Part shown: piece after piece, positions 58,601 through 64,000 of the stretch
Numbering within the stretch: position 1 is the first letter of the stretch
How the letters are laid out: each line of letters starts with the position of its first letter
Virus record (IMG/VR): IMGVR_UViG_3300030098_003519
Location: 1 to 64,000 of that record
DNA: 64,000 nt
Source: a virus
Direction: 5' to 3' (one strand)
Notes under the pieces: generated by a model
The model's database searches: none
What the model was told of the DNA's origin: nothing
Seen by the model: the letters and a program-made list of their open reading frames with translations, nothing else
Translations under genes and position numbers: made by a program

Positions 58601-59464
58601 TGTGTCATAACATCCAGCATGAGTCATTAAGAGATTATCTCTTAAAATAACTAAATCACCAAATTTCTTTTGAGGATATCCTACCGCAGCAGTACCCATT
58701 CCAACGTTCTCTGAACCTCTCTTACCAAGAGGATCCATTGGAGATGAAGTACCATAATCTTCAGATTGATCAGTACCATATACCCCAAGACCATCAAAAA
58801 CAACTGACTGTGTTCTTCTAACTACACAGAAATTATCTCCTTGTCCATTATTTCTTGTTTCCCAATAATATCCATCGTACTTATCAAATATACCATACTT
58901 ACGAACAGCAGGGTTCTCTATCGTTGCTCCAATATGTTCTTTCTGAGTATCATTCAACGCAGTAGTAGAATCCTTTACGGTAGCATCAAAAATAGAAGTC
59001 TTAACACCAAAGGTAGCAGCAGAAACACGACCAGGCTGATACCTAAAAAATCTTTTTGAAGTCAGAACACCAGTCTTATCAGGTGGTGCCTCAATTAGAG
59101 CACCAGATTCTGCAGGAACGTGAGTTAATCCCCACCCCATATCACCATTAATATTTTCATAAAGACCAGTATTATCAACACTAGCAAACTGTTCAGGAGT
59201 CGAAGTCCACTCTGAAGGGTTTACGTCATAAGTGTTAACATCTGCAAAGATACCAAGGGCAACTTCTGCTCTAGGAATACCAAGAAGTGACAGTGCAACT
59301 TCTGATGCAACTTTATTCTGTTCAGCAACAGGTATAGTTGACTGATCACTTGCAATTACAACAGGTATAGATTTCTCCGCTTTTTGTTGGCCAGGAGGTA
59401 CTGGAGCAGTCCTACCTACGACAACAACTGCCGAAGAATTATTTACATTAGTGTTATCAGGCAT
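55634..59464 (-). CDS. Large virion structural protein
   Basis: 1276 aa; SKRFFRYQPGRVSAATFG, VTMYKIEFSWYGAVGA, IKYGASYYIDGGD. Confidence 0.8.
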   Translation of the reverse strand: MPDNTNVNNSSAVVVVGRTAPVPPGQQKAEKSIPVVIASDQSTIPVAEQNKVASEVALSLLGIPRAEVALGIFADVNTYDVNPSEWTSTPEQFASVDNTGLYENINGDMGWGLTHVPAESGALIEAPPDKTGVLTSKRFFRYQPGRVSAATFGVKTSIFDATVKDSTTALNDTQKEHIGATIENPAVRKYGIFDKYDGYYWETRNNGQGDNFCVVRRTQSVVFDGLGVYGTDQSEDYGTSSPMDPLGKRGSENVGMGTAAVGYPQKKFGDLVILRDNLLMTHAGCYDTSLLQDPHKTGITSVTASGNKVSLVGIARSVSNATYNKDTGLMVITTHEPHGFKLGKYLTVAGIGMTCQFSYATPGDANPKAGPGGIKFYPDLYTNAGRNTGFNIVQVNSTTSFTLNVGVSTVPTFYHSGGWVTPLAANQYVRYDKGTNDAALSGGFTDNKIYKIKTISGVTTSNVDGVDQFATVVTLKNLDATESDVSLSSDHNVGISSHVLVTPVPFVQPVTGSLINSDTKAYHQNNTKHSGMFPYKYAKPTDSSTTVGYIDTTLTSTATLKSQIDDVNSFYDNWVQQNVALPYHTVYEYRVPRSRFSGDRLDGATDTLLYSDSVADKRAGSPVLTATGAQTEDTSIWDLAFDKVTMYKIEFSWYGAVGALFLAYVPVSAGEARWVRVHHLRASNQLKVSSLGNATLPITYMVYGGGSSNSFGYSDTLRSQQADYASHSENIIKYGASYYIDGGDRGTVKLFSHGTPTPVEVYGSARTFATGAGTSITVGNATNATDPYLLADQNSIISGLATSYYVGSKVITGESLDQNIEITYVEPSTKQVYLSAPLSATGAAKGSIKIITNRVTPLIGLECKDFIQSSTGQDVRNRTQVYPTRLSTGSDALLKVDMIKSPIFQTDVITANTGTSPILQENPATSDGNWNIGKRGKPTKIALNLSTYSGAHTYVESATTKTAAVRKSSGSFLNIADGSSAVSYDSATGLMKITTSTSHGFSANDTLQLLQGAFAFTCTFDNNGSTHKYPRAVDPIMDGTACGGGTDFSGSTTTDSGRVYSRTLRVRTTGLTTTVFYVSVTTNIAHNSTATKPSDAEFIRREETEGVYGYFRGYYETDAAKKKISVLGLLENRGMSRTQNIEEDGWYFSALESTNDNIVLLKDGNFLYENQTTPKDGTITSPTTSKFTLDQLSSVKVNPQIRAPIPKTGTIVASLYAPASGENYDLATYFDYNKEYLSFPLTDKIDSLYLCASTDNDYNVGLSTAKISGSLTWEEQ

Positions 59465-62400
59465 TTAAATGACTCCGACTCTTCCTTTAAAGATTGTGAA
59501 TGTATTCCTTATAGATATATATCCATTTTCTCCACCGTTACTTGCGGAAACCGCAGTAATATTGGCGAATCTATGGTTACCACTACCAACGTTTGTGATA
59601 TCACGAGCTGATCCAGAAGTTGCTTGATCTGGAGTTGCTGCAAGTTTGATGGTATTATCATCAACTTTAATAACATAATGCTCTGTATTGGTAGCAATAC
59701 CAACGATAGCATTTCCACTTGAATCAATATATGTTAATCCATCACGAGTGGCAAATCCATGCCCAGTGATAGTAATCTGATCATTAGTATTTACAGAACC
59801 TGCAGGTACTAAGTATGATTTGTAAGAAGATATTCCAGCAAAGGATAGAATAAATTGCTTATTCTCTGCATTAACATTATTCTTACCAGCAATCATCATT
59901 GCCTTTCCACTAATATCTGGTGACATTGAATGTCCAGGAATCTTACAAACATGTCCTGTAGCAATTCCAGTGAAATGAGCAGGTGTTTGAAGTTGAACAA
60001 TATACTGAGTACAAGCAGTACCAACTACTGCTTCAGTAGTTCCATTACTTGTCCAGTATCCAGTAGCAATACCAACAGTTGCTGCATACCCAACTGGTTT
60101 TTCTCTATATTCTGTGGCAATTGCCTCATATGCCAATGGAGTAGTTCTATAACCATCAAGCTGCCATGTACCTGGAGTAGTTGTTCCAGTACCAATACCT
60201 TTCGGTAATGTTAGAGAGTAATATCCATGCTCTCTATCAATATCATCAGGAGAATCATCAATTGTTCCAGATTGAAGTTCAACAATAGTAGATCCAATAG
60301 ATGGTGTAGTTGTTGTGTTATATAATCCAACTAATTCACCAATTCTAGCATGGACAGTTACCTTACCACTACTCATATCCTTCGGTTCATTATCTTCAAG
60401 ATACAATACTCTAGGCCCGAACCAGTCATTGCCAGGTTTGATGGATACGTTAACAGAATTCCAATCACTATCGTAGATGTCAGGTGATGGTAACCATTCA
60501 TCTGAAGGACCAAGAATAATATTATTAGATGTAGTAATCTTAGCAGTTGCATATGCATCTATTCCAGTACCACAATTTCTAATAATGTTACCACCAGTAG
60601 AAACAATAGAAGTTACTGAAAGATCAACAGGACCAGGATAATTTTCAAAGAGGTTATCATTAACTCTAACAGTCTCAGAGTTTTGTGCATCTAATGGTTT
60701 AAATGCATCAACATCTGACAAACATCCATCAACAAAGGTAGAGTTCTCTACAGATACTCTCTTAGAATCGTAAATATATAATCCACCTCCAGGTGTATTA
60801 CGTATTTCCATATCCTTGAATAGTGCAGAGTTTACACCTCTAAAGTAAACAAGATAATTATCAGATATACCATCAAATGTAACATTATTTGAATTATTTC
60901 CATCAATTGTTACCTCTTGTAGAGTAATATCAACTCCATTTGTCACTGCAATTCCAACAAAGTTACCATCATTAGTTAATGAATTACCAGCATCATCATT
61001 AGCATCAGTAGCAAAGTACTGTTGCTTAAGAATTGTATTCTTTCCATTACCCTTAAGAGTGAAACTGGTTGGAACTACAATTTTATTTGCAAGGTATATT
61101 CCACTTGGAAGTGTAAGGTAATTACCACCAGATGCAACGGTCTTATCTATTGCACTCTTCAATGCAGAAGTGTTGTCATGAACAACCTTAACAACAGTAG
61201 TAGAACCAAACGAAACAGAACTATTAACATAACAATTATCAGCAAGAGTTATGCTATTTGCACCAATAGAAACAACTTCATCAAGATTCCAACCTCTCTT
61301 AGCACCTGTAGTACCAATAACAGGGAAGTGAATTTGCTCTATAGCTACATCAGTAGTAGCAGATCCAACATACTCATTCTTAGCAGATTTTGGTGACCAT
61401 TCTGTTTGCTCATAAACACCATAATCTAACCAAGTAATTCCAGAAGTCAATCCCTTCAATTGTTTCTCACCAAGAATCGCAACCAATCTAGATTCAGTAA
61501 TATCTGCATTAGAAGCAGCACCTACTCCATCAAATTCTTGACGATAAACTGCAATACCATTATCAACAGATGATCTCTTTAACTTCAATCTAATGAAATC
61601 AGAAGAATTCCATTTATCTAAATCAGTATGACCTACTCCTGCTCTCTTTGTAGATAAACTTCCAGTATAGGTTCCATCAGGAGAAATCTGTGATGAAATT
61701 CCAATTCTACCATTTCTTTCATTAAATTCAGAAATCCAATAGTAGTAAGTCTTACTAAATGGTGCTCCACCACCAGCACCTGCTCTTTCAAATGTAACTG
61801 AAGTATCTAAGACAGGATCTGCCATATCAGCACCATCAGCAACACTCTTAACAGTAGCACCAAATACCTTAACTTTCTCTCCTTTATAGAATCTAGCAGT
61901 TGAAATACCAGAAATAGTTAATGGTTGAGCTGGATTTGTACTACCTTCACCAACATAAATTGTACCATCGTTACTTACACCATAACTTCTCAACTCATAT
62001 GCTGGTAATTCGTGTGAATCAATTAATTCATAACCAGTTTCATCACTCTTAACCATCAAAATACGGTTTCTCTGGAATGTTGGTTCTAGAGTTGTTGGAA
62101 GGTCAGTTAATTCAAAGTTATTATATGCATTTGCACGGATTGTTCCATTAACATCTAATTCATATGCTGGATCAGCAGTCTGAATACCAACTCTCTGAGT
62201 ATCTTCCTTAACAACAAAGGATGGTGAAGTCTCATCCCCAACTAAGAATGATGGATTCTGAGTTGCTGTACCCTTAAGAAGAAGTTTGATTGCTTCTATA
62301 CCATCAGCAGCAGTGGATGTTATCTTATTACCAAAGTTAACTGGGCCTCTAAAGTCTGATGGTAAATTTCTATTAGGACCACCACCAACACGAAGTGTAT

Positions 62401-64000
62401 TTCTTACGTAAAGATCATCAAATACCCCAGTAGCATCAGATCCAATCTCTCCGACGAAATTCTCTCTTGGAGTAATTCTGTCTCCAGTGAAGTAATCTCC
62501 ACGATCATTCATACCAGAGAAGAATACGATTCCACCTTTCTCTTCTCTAGAAATTGCAAGTGATTCTTCTTCATCAGTAAGAGATCTAACTTGCTTTGCT
62601 GGAAGTGCGGTTGAGTAGTTACCTGGCCCATATCCAACGTACTCAAATGTATGACCAGAAGCACGGATACTTGAATACCTATGTGTCTGTGTTGGAATTA
62701 CTTTAATCTTTCTAACAATAGATCCATTAGCATGGTCTACTGCTCTTGTACCCAAAGTACCTCTAATAACAGTAAGATCTGTACTATTTGCAATTGATCT
62801 TGCAGTTACTCTAACAACTTCATTGTCTATTTGTAAGAAATCACCCTTATCAAATCCAAGATAATTAGTAATCTTTAATGTTGGAGAAGCAGTGGTAATA
62901 CCAGCAGACATCGTTGTACTAATACCTGCATTCAATGGTACATAACTTCCAGCAATATTCTCAAGTTCAAATGACTGACTCTGACCAAATGCACCAAGAT
63001 TATACTTATAAACTTCTGCACTACTTACTTGATCTGTTCCAATTCCAGTAGATGCCTGAACTGTGAATTGAGTTAGACTAAGTTTTTCCTTAACAACAAA
63101 ATCAGTATTAAAAGTTGATGCATCTACTCCAGTTACACCAGCAATTTTAATTTTATTTCCTGCAATTAATCCATGAGCCTTGCTTGTAGTTGCAGTCACG
63201 ATACCAGCGAGTGTAGTACCTGCAGTACCAACTATTGATGAAATAGGAACTGCTTCATCGCCCACATAAACCATTCCTTGAGGTAATGTAGAGATTCCTG
63301 CGTATTCACCAGGATTTGATCCAGCATTATAAGTGATCGTCTTAGAACTAGAAATACCAGTAATCTTATACAGTCCGTTATATCCACTATCATTACGATT
63401 TGCAGTTACACCAACTCCAACAACTTGTACTGCCTTACCAACAGCATCATTAATCTTACTAACAGTTACGGTAGCATTACCAGTACCAACTTTTAATACA
63501 TTACCAACAGCATATGCAGAACCAGAGTCCACTAATTCATATGCTGTAACTGTACCAGAGTTATTAACTACAATATTTGCAGTTGCTCCATCACCAGTCA
63601 TTGTACTAGTATTATTATTCAAAGGAACATTATAAAGTGTAGTGACACCTGCTCCAGTAACATATCCAGATCCAGCAGAAGTTAAAGTAAAGGTAACAAT
63701 ACCAGATAAGTTATGAGAATTATCAGTAAATGCACTTACAATTCCACTAGTACCAGCATCACCAATTGTACCAGTAATACCAATACCTATTCTATTATCT
63801 TTTAGATAATTAATTGCAACTTCTTTTGTAAGACTATTTTGTGGATCGTTTGAGTCAACTTTACCGATTTCATTATTTACAGCTGAAGATACTGCTTCTA
63901 GAGGATCATTATTTGGATTATCCTTATCAACTGTAGGATATAAACTAGCAATACTCTGCTTGAATTTTAAATCATCAAATGGTTCTACAGTTGGTCTAAT
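59465..64000 (-). CDS. Very large virion protein with right-handed beta-helix (pectin-lyase-like) region, 5' end outside window
   Basis: The frame stays open from 63622 to 64000 (IRPTVEPFDDLKF...), so the protein exceeds 1500 aa. DNTSALKSAID..LPSGIY..LKGNG..TIDGN is a beta-helix signature. Confidence 0.8.
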   Translation of the reverse strand: MRPTVEPFDDLKFKQSIASLYPTVDKDNPNNDPLEAVSSAVNNEIGKVDSNDPQNSLTKEVAINYLKDNRIGIGITGTIGDAGTSGIVSAFTDNSHNLSGIVTFTLTSAGSGYVTGAGVTTLYNVPLNNNTSTMTGDGATANIVVNNSGTVTAYELVDSGSAYAVGNVLKVGTGNATVTVSKINDAVGKAVQVVGVGVTANRNDSGYNGLYKITGISSSKTITYNAGSNPGEYAGISTLPQGMVYVGDEAVPISSIVGTAGTTLAGIVTATTSKAHGLIAGNKIKIAGVTGVDASTFNTDFVVKEKLSLTQFTVQASTGIGTDQVSSAEVYKYNLGAFGQSQSFELENIAGSYVPLNAGISTTMSAGITTASPTLKITNYLGFDKGDFLQIDNEVVRVTARSIANSTDLTVIRGTLGTRAVDHANGSIVRKIKVIPTQTHRYSSIRASGHTFEYVGYGPGNYSTALPAKQVRSLTDEEESLAISREEKGGIVFFSGMNDRGDYFTGDRITPRENFVGEIGSDATGVFDDLYVRNTLRVGGGPNRNLPSDFRGPVNFGNKITSTAADGIEAIKLLLKGTATQNPSFLVGDETSPSFVVKEDTQRVGIQTADPAYELDVNGTIRANAYNNFELTDLPTTLEPTFQRNRILMVKSDETGYELIDSHELPAYELRSYGVSNDGTIYVGEGSTNPAQPLTISGISTARFYKGEKVKVFGATVKSVADGADMADPVLDTSVTFERAGAGGGAPFSKTYYYWISEFNERNGRIGISSQISPDGTYTGSLSTKRAGVGHTDLDKWNSSDFIRLKLKRSSVDNGIAVYRQEFDGVGAASNADITESRLVAILGEKQLKGLTSGITWLDYGVYEQTEWSPKSAKNEYVGSATTDVAIEQIHFPVIGTTGAKRGWNLDEVVSIGANSITLADNCYVNSSVSFGSTTVVKVVHDNTSALKSAIDKTVASGGNYLTLPSGIYLANKIVVPTSFTLKGNGKNTILKQQYFATDANDDAGNSLTNDGNFVGIAVTNGVDITLQEVTIDGNNSNNVTFDGISDNYLVYFRGVNSALFKDMEIRNTPGGGLYIYDSKRVSVENSTFVDGCLSDVDAFKPLDAQNSETVRVNDNLFENYPGPVDLSVTSIVSTGGNIIRNCGTGIDAYATAKITTSNNIILGPSDEWLPSPDIYDSDWNSVNVSIKPGNDWFGPRVLYLEDNEPKDMSSGKVTVHARIGELVGLYNTTTTPSIGSTIVELQSGTIDDSPDDIDREHGYYSLTLPKGIGTGTTTPGTWQLDGYRTTPLAYEAIATEYREKPVGYAATVGIATGYWTSNGTTEAVVGTACTQYIVQLQTPAHFTGIATGHVCKIPGHSMSPDISGKAMMIAGKNNVNAENKQFILSFAGISSYKSYLVPAGSVNTNDQITITGHGFATRDGLTYIDSSGNAIVGIATNTEHYVIKVDDNTIKLAATPDQATSGSARDITNVGSGNHRFANITAVSASNGGENGYISIRNTFTIFKGRVGVI

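Noticed and set aside
59465-63622. ORF-track start at 63622
   Set aside because: The frame is open to position 64000, so the true start lies outside the window.

Overview
The window is a 64-kb fragment of an AT-rich T4-like marine cyanomyovirus genome (Kyanoviridae, Prochlorococcus phage P-SSM2-like). This assignment is inferred from gene content and from ATAAATA late promoters. Almost all genes are on the minus strand. Positions 1-9 kb are an early/accessory region. It holds a partial SF2 helicase, a basic small protein preceded by a ~460-nt GC-rich, highly base-paired non-coding region, a DUF262+HNH (GmrSD-like) nuclease, a DUF2997-ycf35-gmd-fcl operon, purN, a NifU-domain gene and small hypotheticals. 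Positions 9-64 kb are a very large cluster of tail-fibre and virion-appendage genes (LamG, SPRY, Gly-rich, PA14-like, plant-type LRR, beta-helix) with small chaperone-like genes. The best candidates for something undescribed are: (1) a 15-bp DNA motif GAAAGACTTCGCATC, conserved even at synonymous sites, that punctuates six fibre genes at module junctions, with modules shared between genes, suggesting a fibre-module shuffling system; (2) the multi-domain structured ncRNA cassette at 1246-1712; (3) a uORF-controlled twin-CX3C microprotein locus; (4) two paralogous coiled-coil microgenes with their own near-perfect sigma70 promoters inside the late cluster. No tRNA, rRNA, CRISPR array, reverse transcriptase or recombinase was seen. 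All family assignments come from motif recognition by eye, not database searches.
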